64,000 nucleotides of DNA, from the IMG/VR virus record IMGVR_UViG_3300028887_000098; one strand, given 5' to 3'. A program made the position numbers and the translations under genes. The stretch is from a virus (lineage: Duplodnaviria > Heunggongvirae > Uroviricota > Caudoviricetes). The number at the start of each line of letters is the position of its first letter. The stretch's first letter is position 1. This document shows positions 20,290 through 29,428 of the stretch, piece by piece. A model generated the notes under the pieces. The model saw only the letters and a program-made list of their open reading frames with translations. It searched no databases and had not been told where the DNA came from.

Positions 20290-21912
20290 ATGAATCTTAA
20301 TTTTTTAAACCCATTTAGCTCTGAATTCTTAAAAACTTCTCCTGAACACAGTGAACAGCGTGCAATCGAAGCAGCACGTAATTCATACGGTAAAGGTGAA
20401 GACACAATTGACTGGAATGCTATTGCGGGCAGTTATGATAATAACGGCTATGTAGATCCAGCTACACCTTATGACCAAAATAATATTGTTTTTGAAACAT
20501 TATTTACAAATAAATGGCAAAAAATTTCTTGGTATCGTTCTATGGCCATGTACCCATTGGTTGGTAAAGGTTTGAACATTATGGCGGACGAAGCAGTTTG
20601 TCCAGACGCACTTGGAAATGTTGCAATGTTCGATATTGAGGAACCATTCAAATCTAAATTTACTTCAACAGAATTTGCAGCATTGAAGATGGAATTTGAT
20701 TATATTGTTGACTGTGTTATTGGTAAAGAAAATATTTGGGATTATTATTATAAATGGCTTGTTGATGCCGAACTTTTCTGGGAAATTTGTTTAAATGATG
20801 CAGGTGATAAAGTTGTTGGTATTAATACTTTAGCACCTTATGCAATGCTCGTAATTTATGACAAGGATTCTGATAATATTAATGGTTATATTGAAAACAT
20901 TAATTATCTCAATCAGACACAAGATAAGACTTCCGAAATTAAGAAGTTCCTTCCTAACCAAGTTGCTTATGTCAGATATCCGTTAATTTGGACAAACAGA
21001 AATGATATTCGTGGTCACTTGGAACGTTCTATTAGACCTTTGAACCAGTTAAGAAATATTGAAGATGCTTTGACTGTTTATCGTATCACTCGTGCAACTG
21101 AACACCGTGTATTTAACATTTATACTGGTAGAATGCCGAGAACTGATGCTGCAGCTTATGTCCAGGAAATCAGAAATAAGTATCGTAAGAATTTGACTAT
21201 TGATAATACTACTGGTATGGTCAATGCTGTTAAGAATACACAAGCAATGACTGAAGATTTCTTCTTCCAGAAGGATGACTCTGGTAACGGTTCCACAGTT
21301 GAAACTTTCCCATCTGGTTCTACTTTTGATGGTCAGCTTCAGGATGTTTGGATGTTCCAGAAGCAGGTTATGGACGGTATGTTTATTCCTCAGGCAAGAT
21401 GGAAATCTGATGAAGTTGGTGGTGCTTCTTATAATCCTGGTATTGATCAGGCAAATCATGAAGAAGTTTCCTTCCAGAGGGTTAATAGAAGATTAAGAAG
21501 AAGATTTGCAGATATTATTAAGCAGGTTTACCTTGTTCACTTGAGAGTTCGTGGTTATAAGGAAAAATTCCTTGATAAGGCTTTGTATAATATCGATTTG
21601 CATCCAGCAACTGACTTTGAAAGAATGCGTGACTTGAACCTTGCCGAAAAACGTGGTTCTGTTATTGGTACTCTTTCTCAGTTCCTTCCAACTTCTACTA
21701 ATATTAAGCCGGGTGCTGAAGAACTTGCTCCGATTTTCTCTAAGCAATTCTTTATGGAGAAGATTCTCGGTATGTCTACACAGGATATTCTCTTGAATAA
21801 TAAGATGCTTGAATCTGAAATCAAACAGATGAGAGAAGAAGCAGAAGCTGCTCAAGCAGAAGGTGGTCCAGCTCCTGATGCTGAAGGTGGTGGAAACGAT
21901 TTCGGTTTCTAA
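20290..21912 (+). CDS. portal protein (T4 gp20-like)
   Basis: The segment LTVYRITRATEHRVFNIYTGRMPRTDAAAY ... MTEDFFFQKDD aligns with T4 gp20 [30 protein letters not shown] ... MTEDYWLQRRD. Length 540 aa versus 524. Confidence 0.9.
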   Translation: MNLNFLNPFSSEFLKTSPEHSEQRAIEAARNSYGKGEDTIDWNAIAGSYDNNGYVDPATPYDQNNIVFETLFTNKWQKISWYRSMAMYPLVGKGLNIMADEAVCPDALGNVAMFDIEEPFKSKFTSTEFAALKMEFDYIVDCVIGKENIWDYYYKWLVDAELFWEICLNDAGDKVVGINTLAPYAMLVIYDKDSDNINGYIENINYLNQTQDKTSEIKKFLPNQVAYVRYPLIWTNRNDIRGHLERSIRPLNQLRNIEDALTVYRITRATEHRVFNIYTGRMPRTDAAAYVQEIRNKYRKNLTIDNTTGMVNAVKNTQAMTEDFFFQKDDSGNGSTVETFPSGSTFDGQLQDVWMFQKQVMDGMFIPQARWKSDEVGGASYNPGIDQANHEEVSFQRVNRRLRRRFADIIKQVYLVHLRVRGYKEKFLDKALYNIDLHPATDFERMRDLNLAEKRGSVIGTLSQFLPTSTNIKPGAEELAPIFSKQFFMEKILGMSTQDILLNNKMLESEIKQMREEAEAAQAEGGPAPDAEGGGNDFGF

Positions 21913-21934
21913 TAGAAAATTTAGAATATAAAAG

Positions 21935-21963
21935 AAAAACCGGTTTTAATGACCGGTTTTTTA
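21935..21963. terminator. bidirectional terminator between portal (+) and tail tube (-)
   Basis: AAAAACCGGT-tttaatg-ACCGGTTTTTT. Confidence 0.65.
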
Positions 21964-21982
21964 AATTTTATGTATTTATCTA

Positions 21983-22579
21983 TTAGGTGTAGATAACTTC
22001 GAAGTTAGAATAGCTGAATGTGCAAGATTTTGTAATCTTGGAATCACCATTCTGGTCGAGCGAAACACTACCAATAGTCTTTGGCCATACACGGTAAAGT
22101 CTCCATTTAACTGGGAGAAGATTCTTAAGAGTGGAATCATAAAGGAGAACTTCAACGTTTGCGCAGTACTGAGATGCAAAGTTAGAGAATGCACCACCAG
22201 TAATGTTGTTGGAAGAACCACCAATATCATCCTGGAAACCTTGGTTCATAAGAAGGTTAGACCAACGGTGTAATGCCTGAGAAATTGTTGTATCTTGGAA
22301 TTCATCCCACTGAATTTCGAATGTTCCACTAATAGTTGCCTTACCAGGATAGTTAAGCTTTGTACCCATGTATTGAGTATCAAGTTCACCAAATTCCTTC
22401 TGTGGTAATGATGCTGTTCTTGCTTTGATCATTAAATCATCAGAATCAAGAAGTACGGAAAGCGGAGATTCTGAGTCATATAAGAATCTAACCTGGAATA
22501 AATAAGCTTTTGCAATGTCTGGGAGGTTAGCAAGTTGACCCCAAACGCTCATGCTTGTATCAAATTTTTTTACTGCCAT
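21983..22579 (-). CDS. tail tube protein (T4 gp19-like)
   Basis: KAYLFQVRF (compare T4 gp19 PNLFQVEIS) and ITGG, matching gp19 NEITGG. Strong SD (AAGGAG). A minus-strand TATAAATA lies at 22616-22623. Confidence 0.75.
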   Translation of the reverse strand: MAVKKFDTSMSVWGQLANLPDIAKAYLFQVRFLYDSESPLSVLLDSDDLMIKARTASLPQKEFGELDTQYMGTKLNYPGKATISGTFEIQWDEFQDTTISQALHRWSNLLMNQGFQDDIGGSSNNITGGAFSNFASQYCANVEVLLYDSTLKNLLPVKWRLYRVWPKTIGSVSLDQNGDSKITKSCTFSYSNFEVIYT

Positions 22580-22615
22580 AATAGCATTTCTCCTTGAAAT
22601 TTTAATATTCTTTAT

Positions 22616-22623
22616 TATTTATA
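22616..22623 (-). promoter_or_regulatory. late promoter box (TATAAATA on minus strand) for the tail tube gene
   Basis: TATTTATA on the plus strand, 37 nt upstream of the minus-strand start codon. Confidence 0.45.
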
Positions 22624-22679
22624 GAAAAAATATATAGAAATCAAAAATGTCAGTTTTTTGTAAAAAATCTAAAACTTTT

Positions 22680-22687
22680 TATAAATA
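22680..22687 (+). promoter_or_regulatory. late promoter box TATAAATA for the tail sheath gene
   Basis: Exact box about 83 nt upstream of 22770. Confidence 0.4.
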
Positions 22688-22769
22688 ATTATATAAACAA
22701 ATCGTGAGTGAGTGAAAATAGAGTTTATTGACGTTCATTTAAGGTTTATTCAATTTATTAGGAGAAAAA

Positions 22770-25700
22770 ATGGCAAAATATTCAACTCCGGGTATTAGAT
22801 TTACAGAAATTGACAATACCATTCGTTCAGAAGCTGCTCCTGGAATGGGTATCGGCGCAATTGTTATGAAATCTAACAAAGGCCCAGTTAATCAGCGTGT
22901 TGTTACGCGTAATTATAATGAATTTACAGAAATTTTCGGCGAGCCAGAGACATTGACTGATTACGGTCACTTCGCTGCAGAAAATTATTTTGCAAATTCT
23001 ACTCAAATGTATGCTGTTCGTGCAACTATGGGTGATGAACAGTATTCTCAAATTCAGTTTAGCTATGACGGTGCACCAGTTACTGCGACTAATAAGTCTA
23101 AGGACACTGCAAAGTTTGTATATGTCGACAACCAGAGCGACAATACTTTGAAGCTTTTGTCTCCACTTTCTGCTGTTACTGAAGTTGAAAGCATGTCTGC
23201 TGATTGGCAATTAGACAACGGCGGTGTTTATGGTTATGCAATGAAACAGAATGCATACTATGGCACATTTGCTGACATTCTTTCTGAAACAGAAGACCTC
23301 ATTGTTTATAAAGGTAAACAAAAGACTCCAGGTAACGAATCTTGGGAAGGTAATATTACAGAATATGGTGAACATGTTGTTTACCCACGTTATGTTGATT
23401 CTCAGGGTAAAAATCCAGTTCCTGAAACAAAGTTAATCTTTACAGATAAGGCTTGGACAGCTGGTTCTGCAACTTCTGCAGAATGTGATATTAAGAAGAG
23501 AAATTCGCAGTATTATGTAACTGTTAGTGTTCCTGCATCCGCAACTTTGAACAAGAAACAGGTTAATATTAATTTCTATGGTAACTATTCTGCAGTTTCT
23601 GCATGGGAAACTACTGGTGTTACTTATAGTGGTATTTTTAATGACCAAGTTTTCCAAGGTAATTTCTCAGGCGATTGGGCAAATACGTTATCTGCAGGTT
23701 ATGGTTATGTTCCAGCACAGCGTATGGAAATTATGGATTGGGATGATCCAGAAATTAAAAAGACATTCTATGTCGATAGCACTTTCTCTGCAACTACCTC
23801 TGGTGTTAGTGGTTTAAAATATACAGAATTTTTTAGTGTTGACCCAACATATGCACTTTTTGCAAATTGTCCAAAGATTGACTTCGATCCGACAAAAGTT
23901 GGTAATGAAGCTATTATGACTTCTGCAGTTTCTGATATGTATTTAAGCACAACCACTGCTAAGTTACCACAATATGGTAATAATGAAATTCCAGCTCGTT
24001 CTCCAAAGGACGTTATCATCGATATGCTTGATGCATATAGCTGCAATGATATTTCTGATATTAACGATTATACATACCTTAAGTATTATGATCCGACCCA
24101 GAATGCTATCATTGAAAAGATTGTCAAGGAAACGCCAAAACAGTTAGCTGATGAAAAGCATCAAGAAAAGTATTTGTTCTGGTTATATGCTGGTAAGGGT
24201 GAAAATAAGCTTACAAAGGCTCCGGTTTACATCGCTGATGATACTGAAATGGTAAGCCTCCCAATCCAGAAGGGTTATTTCTATGATGATGGAACACAAG
24301 AAAAGACAGTCTTGAATAACATCGTTGCTCAACCATCTTCTTACATCTTCAATTCTGTCGATAAGACATATGCTGACGGTTATACCGTTAGAACTGAAGC
24401 TGAAGACGAACCAGGTAACGGCGATATTGAACAATATAAGTCTGTCTTCGATGACCAGCTTGTTATTGCTTCTATCGGCCCAGGTAAGTATGGTGACGAT
24501 GTTGGTGTTTCTATTATCACAACAGAATGTTCTGAAATTGCTGCATTGAACCATCAGAATGCATTTAACTGGAAGTATGCATATGATGATGAAGATAAGG
24601 TCAATGCTGATACCAGTGAATATAACGACAATCCAATGAACTTGACTTGGAAAAAGGTTTTCAGAATTAACGTTTACATCAAGCCGAAGACTCAGACTGC
24701 TGAAGCTGCATGGGGATTTGGTATGGATGCACTCCTTAAGGATCCTGCAGAATCTTGGTTTGTCTCTACTGACCCATATGCAAAGGATGATAACGGCAAC
24801 AGCCTTTATGCTCCGATTGTTATTAACGGTCATTCTGACTATATCTATGTTTCTCGTGCTTCTGTCAATGATGCTCGTAATGGTGTTGGCGAATATGTCC
24901 AGCCAAAGCAGACATTTGCAATTTACGGATTAACGGGTGGTAAGAATTCTGAAAAGAATAACATTTCTGAAAAGACCGCTGCATTGTCTCTCTATACTGA
25001 TAGACGTCGTGCTCCATTCGATATTCTTTTCAACGTTGATGCAATCGATACATTCAATGGTCGTCAGCGCTATAACGCTCACCAGAGAAAGATTGCTCAG
25101 ATTGCTGGTTCTAGAACAATGGATATTGGTGTAATTCAGGTCACTTCTAAGTCTGCAAAGACTGCAAAGCAGATGGTATCTGAAACAAAGACCTTCAGCT
25201 TTAACAAGGGTGATTATGTTGCTCAGTATGCTGGTTACGATAAGTATTATAACGGTGCTTTAGCATCCTGGATTTACTTACCTAAGTCTGTTGCAGGTGC
25301 TTGCGCTATGGCTTACTGTGATACATTCGCATATCCATGGAGAGCTCCAGCAGGTGTTGCTTGTGGAACAATCAACTACACCAATGGTCAGTTGCTCAAG
25401 TTAACAGATGATGAAATTGGTCAGCTTTACGATAACAACGTTAATACAAGCCGTGATTGCGGTAACTACGGTGTTGTTCTCTGGGGTCAGAAGACTGCTC
25501 TCAAGAAGAACAGCTTGCTCAATAGAATTAACGTTCGTCGTTGCTTGAACTACATCGAAAAACGTCTTGAAAACAAGATGACTCCTTACCTCTTCATGCA
25601 GAACAGTGTCAATACTCGTGCTTCCGCAAGAAACGATATTGATTCCTTCTTACAACAAGTTAAGGCTGCTGAAGGTATTGACCGTTATCAGTTAAGCGTT

Positions 25701-25826
25701 ACTCAGGATCCAGAAGATCCAACAATCATGAATGTCAATATCATTGTCTACCCGACAAGCGCTATCGAATTCATCGATGTTAAGATTATCATTAACCGTT
25801 CTACAGTCACCGTTACTGAAGAATAA
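22770..25826 (+). CDS. tail sheath protein (T4 gp18-like), enlarged
   Basis: The C-terminal core ...RAPAGVACG ... GQKTA ... LNRINVRRCLNYIEKRL... aligns with T4 gp18 ...SPAGYNRG ... GDKTA ... FDRINVRRLFNMLKTNI.... It is 1018 aa against 659 in T4, implying extra insertion domains. Confidence 0.9.
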   Translation: MAKYSTPGIRFTEIDNTIRSEAAPGMGIGAIVMKSNKGPVNQRVVTRNYNEFTEIFGEPETLTDYGHFAAENYFANSTQMYAVRATMGDEQYSQIQFSYDGAPVTATNKSKDTAKFVYVDNQSDNTLKLLSPLSAVTEVESMSADWQLDNGGVYGYAMKQNAYYGTFADILSETEDLIVYKGKQKTPGNESWEGNITEYGEHVVYPRYVDSQGKNPVPETKLIFTDKAWTAGSATSAECDIKKRNSQYYVTVSVPASATLNKKQVNINFYGNYSAVSAWETTGVTYSGIFNDQVFQGNFSGDWANTLSAGYGYVPAQRMEIMDWDDPEIKKTFYVDSTFSATTSGVSGLKYTEFFSVDPTYALFANCPKIDFDPTKVGNEAIMTSAVSDMYLSTTTAKLPQYGNNEIPARSPKDVIIDMLDAYSCNDISDINDYTYLKYYDPTQNAIIEKIVKETPKQLADEKHQEKYLFWLYAGKGENKLTKAPVYIADDTEMVSLPIQKGYFYDDGTQEKTVLNNIVAQPSSYIFNSVDKTYADGYTVRTEAEDEPGNGDIEQYKSVFDDQLVIASIGPGKYGDDVGVSIITTECSEIAALNHQNAFNWKYAYDDEDKVNADTSEYNDNPMNLTWKKVFRINVYIKPKTQTAEAAWGFGMDALLKDPAESWFVSTDPYAKDDNGNSLYAPIVINGHSDYIYVSRASVNDARNGVGEYVQPKQTFAIYGLTGGKNSEKNNISEKTAALSLYTDRRRAPFDILFNVDAIDTFNGRQRYNAHQRKIAQIAGSRTMDIGVIQVTSKSAKTAKQMVSETKTFSFNKGDYVAQYAGYDKYYNGALASWIYLPKSVAGACAMAYCDTFAYPWRAPAGVACGTINYTNGQLLKLTDDEIGQLYDNNVNTSRDCGNYGVVLWGQKTALKKNSLLNRINVRRCLNYIEKRLENKMTPYLFMQNSVNTRASARNDIDSFLQQVKAAEGIDRYQLSVTQDPEDPTIMNVNIIVYPTSAIEFIDVKIIINRSTVTVTEE

Positions 25827-25848
25827 GTTAAGAAAAATCGAAATTAAG

Positions 25849-25878
25849 AAAGACACCATTTATTTGGTGTCTTTTTTA
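25849..25878 (+). terminator. rho-independent terminator after the sheath gene
   Basis: AAGACACCA-tttatt-TGGTGTCTTTTTT. Confidence 0.6.
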
Positions 25879-25903
25879 ACTATAAATAACAAAAGAGGAA
25901 TTC

Positions 25904-27478
25904 ATGGAATATAGTGTAAATAAAACTTACGATGGATATAAAAATTATATAACCGTAACATTTGCAGAATCAGTGATTGATTATTTTAGAAATAATCAAT
26001 TTAATATCGGTATAGATGATGTTATAAGACAATCTTATATGACTATTACAAGTTTTACCGATTTGATTGATAATTATAGTGTAAAACCTGATACTGCTGA
26101 GGAATTTACTACTATTGATAACCAATTAGATAATAGTTTAATTAAAAATAATGGTTTAGTTATTACATTCATTGATAATAAAACTTTACAATTCATTTTA
26201 ATTCCAAGATGTACAAGTACAAATAATCCAAATAAATTAATTGGTTTTTCTAACACTAATATAACTATTCATATTGAATCTAATCCTCCAACTGATATTA
26301 CTACAAACGTAGCATTATATCCTTATGTTACTCGTGAAAATACATTAACTCCTTATTATGCCAGTGCAGATCCAGTATTACCAAATAATATAGATAGATG
26401 TTGTTATACATATCCAAATATTTACGAAGCTGGTAAAGAAATTAGACATAATATCAGTTATCCAACAGATTCGCAATTATATGTAAATACTACATCAACT
26501 GCTATGCCAGAAGCTGATTCTAGTATGGTTCCTGTATATTTTAGTAGAATAATTGCAGGGTTTACAAAAGAATCATCTAGCGGGATAATGCCAGATTGGT
26601 CAGATGATAGTGTTTCATCTGTATTATATAATGAAAAAAACTTAAGTTATATTGCAATACCATGGGAATTTGAACCAGAAAGATGTTTAGTTTCAACTCC
26701 TACTGCAATATCACAGACAAGTGGTATGGTTAATGATAGACCTAATATAATTGATGACTATACAATGCGATTAAGTGCATATAAAATACGTCAATATGTA
26801 TATGCTGATAATTTACCATTAGGAAGATATGAAAATAATTTATTCTTTGGACTTAATGTTACACAAGATCCTTCATATACTCCACCAACACCTGTTGAAC
26901 AATTTACTAAACCAGAACCTATTTCAAGTAATATAAGATTAGAAATTTACAAATATGTTGGTCATGGAGAACCAGCTGTAGTTACTGATAGAGAACTTAA
27001 AATCTATACTGTTAATCCTGAATCATCAGAATATGGTTATGATACATTAAAGTTAGATTTGTCACATTATCCATTCTTAACAAATCAAGATACTATTAAA
27101 ATTTCTCGTTCTTATCGAACAATACCTTATGATTATAACCAATATCCAGATAGTGATCTTATTTCTATTTCAACAACAGAAGTTAATTGGAATGGTCCAA
27201 TAATTGATTTAACTCCAACAGGACATATGAGTTGGGGTCCAGGTAGTCTTCCAAATACAGGTATAAATGGAATTGAAATATCAATCGAAGCAGAAATAAT
27301 ATTAGATGATGAAAACGGAGAACGTGCTAATAATATTAGAACTATGTATGAAATTGATATTGAAGATCCAGATGCAACAGGATGGGATAAATTCGAAACA
27401 GACGTTGTTTGGACAAAACATATAGTTAATGAAGAACCTGCTACAAATAATACTGAAGAAGAAACAAATAATGAATAA
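25904..27478 (+). CDS. hypothetical virion protein (524 aa)
   Basis: Preceded by CTATAAATAAC. N/T/P-rich with an acidic C-terminus. Confidence 0.3.
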   Translation: MEYSVNKTYDGYKNYITVTFAESVIDYFRNNQFNIGIDDVIRQSYMTITSFTDLIDNYSVKPDTAEEFTTIDNQLDNSLIKNNGLVITFIDNKTLQFILIPRCTSTNNPNKLIGFSNTNITIHIESNPPTDITTNVALYPYVTRENTLTPYYASADPVLPNNIDRCCYTYPNIYEAGKEIRHNISYPTDSQLYVNTTSTAMPEADSSMVPVYFSRIIAGFTKESSSGIMPDWSDDSVSSVLYNEKNLSYIAIPWEFEPERCLVSTPTAISQTSGMVNDRPNIIDDYTMRLSAYKIRQYVYADNLPLGRYENNLFFGLNVTQDPSYTPPTPVEQFTKPEPISSNIRLEIYKYVGHGEPAVVTDRELKIYTVNPESSEYGYDTLKLDLSHYPFLTNQDTIKISRSYRTIPYDYNQYPDSDLISISTTEVNWNGPIIDLTPTGHMSWGPGSLPNTGINGIEISIEAEIILDDENGERANNIRTMYEIDIEDPDATGWDKFETDVVWTKHIVNEEPATNNTEEETNNE

Positions 27479-27482
27479 AAAT

Positions 27483-27508
27483 AAAACCGGTTTTAAAACC
27501 GGTTTTTT
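27483..27508. terminator. bidirectional terminator
   Basis: AAAACCGG-ttttaa-AACCGGTTTTTT. Confidence 0.65.
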
Positions 27509-27525
27509 ATTTAATTGTTAAAAAT

Positions 27526-27900
27526 TTAAACAGCAGCAGGTGCTGGAACATCATCATGATTGCAGCATTTACAGCTGAAAATTTCTGTATCAGGACCGAC
27601 CTTACATGGTGGAAGCAATTTGTGAGTATGACCGTCACCAACTGGTTGACAAACACCATCCTTGATAAAGTGAACGTGACCGCCGACCATTGTAATAGGA
27701 GTTTCCTTATTGAGATTTGATGGTTCATTTAATGCATCGCTAGTTCTACCATAACCGGTTTCATCAAAAATCCAGTATTCATGATGGTGAGGTCCCATAG
27801 CGGAAGAACCTTCAAAAACGTCAGTCTTACCGATTTGTGAAGTATTTTCATTTATAGCCAATGCACATTGTTCATTTACGTAATCTGCATATTTTTTCAT
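27526..27900 (-). CDS. His-rich putative metal-binding protein
   Basis: Three HxH-type motifs (GPHHHEYW, GGHVHF, GDGHTHK) plus C-terminal CKCC. Family not assigned. Confidence 0.3.
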   Translation of the reverse strand: MKKYADYVNEQCALAINENTSQIGKTDVFEGSSAMGPHHHEYWIFDETGYGRTSDALNEPSNLNKETPITMVGGHVHFIKDGVCQPVGDGHTHKLLPPCKVGPDTEIFSCKCCNHDDVPAPAAV

Positions 27901-27924
27901 AGTAATTCCTTTTAATCGTTATAT

Positions 27925-27936
27925 TATTTATAAATA
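27925..27936. promoter_or_regulatory. palindromic late-promoter box TATTTATAAATA (TATAAATA on both strands) between divergent genes
   Basis: Seen in sequence. 17 nt from 27954(+) and 25 nt from 27900(-). Confidence 0.4.
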
Positions 27937-27953
27937 ATTATAAGGAGAAAGTC

Positions 27954-28226
27954 ATGAAAGACATTAATGAAGGTTTATTTAAGGATAAGTATCAGCGATA
28001 TAAAGACGCAGTTGTTAAATGTTTGAAGCATCGTGGAATTAACGCATTCATGTTGGGACATAAGTTGGAAGCATATTGCCGAGATTTTTTCTTAGATAAT
28101 ATGTCAGCAGATGATTGTGCTACGACTATTGCTGAGCAAGAAATGGTTAAAGAAAGCGCAGAGATGAATGAAGCAATAAGAATAATGCGTGAACATGGAT
28201 ATAGGGTAAGACCATACAAGAAGTAA
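27954..28226 (+). CDS. small protein with C-terminal 'EAIRIMREHGYRV' motif
   Basis: The last 20 residues carry the same EAx+hh+ExGY+h motif found at the N-termini of the 11421, 32348 and 35178 ORFs. Confidence 0.35.
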   Translation: MKDINEGLFKDKYQRYKDAVVKCLKHRGINAFMLGHKLEAYCRDFFLDNMSADDCATTIAEQEMVKESAEMNEAIRIMREHGYRVRPYKK

Positions 28227-28248
28227 TTTAAAAATATATCGTTATTAG

Positions 28249-28276
28249 ACCAACTATAAGATATAGTTGGTTTTTT
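28249..28276 (+). terminator. rho-independent terminator
   Basis: ACCAACTATA-agat-ATAGTTGGTTTTTT. Confidence 0.6.
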
Positions 28277-28312
28277 ATGTTTAAATTTTAACAAAAAATT
28301 CAATTTTTAACC

Positions 28313-28320
28313 TATAAATA
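28313..28320 (+). promoter_or_regulatory. late promoter box TATAAATA (scaffold gene)
   Basis: Exact box 44 nt upstream of 28364. Confidence 0.45.
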
Positions 28321-28363
28321 AAATATAAAGAATAAAATTCTATGTTAAATTGGAGGAATCAAA

Positions 28364-29341
28364 ATGGATAAAATTCTTGAAACCCTTTCCCAAAAATTCT
28401 CAGCAGAAGAATTGAATGAGGTCAAAAAGGCTATTGAATTCACTGTTGATGAAAAGGTAAAGGCAAAGTCTGAACAAGAAGCCAAGATGATTGCCAAGAA
28501 AGCTGATGAATTTTGTCAGAAGAAGATTAAGGAAGCTGTTGAAAAGAAGACTGCCGAAATCGAAGAAATTGCTAACAAGTTCTGCGAAGAACGTTGTGAA
28601 AAGTTGAGCAAGGAAGCCGATGCAAAGGTTGAATCTTATAAGAAGAAACTCGAAGAAGCTTCAGAACAGTATATCCTTGAATATTTCGATGAGAAGTTCA
28701 CAGAAAAGTACGGGCAAGAACTCGAAGCTATCGAAGAAAAAGTTATTACAGGCTTGGATAAGTATCTTGAATATAACATCAATGAAAAGATTGGTCCGGA
28801 AATGATTCAGAAGACTGCATTGCAAGAAACCTGTCAGCCGATTGTTGAAGAGTTCATTCACATTCTTGAAGACAGATATGTTGCACCTAACACCACTGGT
28901 TCTAAGAGAATCCGCGAATTGAAGGCAGAAAATGCTGAAGTCCGTGCATCTCTCCAGAAGCAGCTCGATGAAAACATGCGTCTCGCTGAATTGGTCGAAA
29001 GCACTGGTAAGAAGTCTTTGATTTCTGAAAAGGTTGCTGACCTCTCTGCAGATCAACGTCTCAAGGTTCGTAAGTTCTTCAAGGAAAAGAGCTTGAATGA
29101 AACTAAGAAGGATATTGATGCTTATATCGAAATGATCCAAGAACAAGCTGACTCTATCAACGCTATGCGTTATGAAAGAGAACAATTGTTTGAAAGTCAT
29201 GAAAAGCCGGTTCGCAAGTCTCGCTATGTCGAAGACCGCACGAACGAAACTATCACTGAAAAGTTTAAACCAAAACGCCGTGAATTGAGCGCTCGCGAAC
29301 GCATGATGCTTGGTTCCGCTAACCTAATTGATGAAAATTAA
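28364..29341 (+). CDS. prohead scaffolding protein (gp22-like)
   Basis: 325-aa, highly acidic, K/E-rich helical sequence immediately upstream of the major capsid gene. Confidence 0.55.
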   Translation: MDKILETLSQKFSAEELNEVKKAIEFTVDEKVKAKSEQEAKMIAKKADEFCQKKIKEAVEKKTAEIEEIANKFCEERCEKLSKEADAKVESYKKKLEEASEQYILEYFDEKFTEKYGQELEAIEEKVITGLDKYLEYNINEKIGPEMIQKTALQETCQPIVEEFIHILEDRYVAPNTTGSKRIRELKAENAEVRASLQKQLDENMRLAELVESTGKKSLISEKVADLSADQRLKVRKFFKEKSLNETKKDIDAYIEMIQEQADSINAMRYEREQLFESHEKPVRKSRYVEDRTNETITEKFKPKRRELSARERMMLGSANLIDEN

Positions 29342-29370
29342 CTGAAATGCGAAAAATCTAATTTTTCGTT

Positions 29371-29378
29371 TATAAATA
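29371..29378 (+). promoter_or_regulatory. late promoter box TATAAATA (major capsid gene)
   Basis: Exact box 51 nt upstream of 29429. Confidence 0.5.
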
Positions 29379-29428
29379 AAATATAGAAATTCAGAAATAA
29401 AGTAATTTTTTAATAGGAGAAAAAACAA

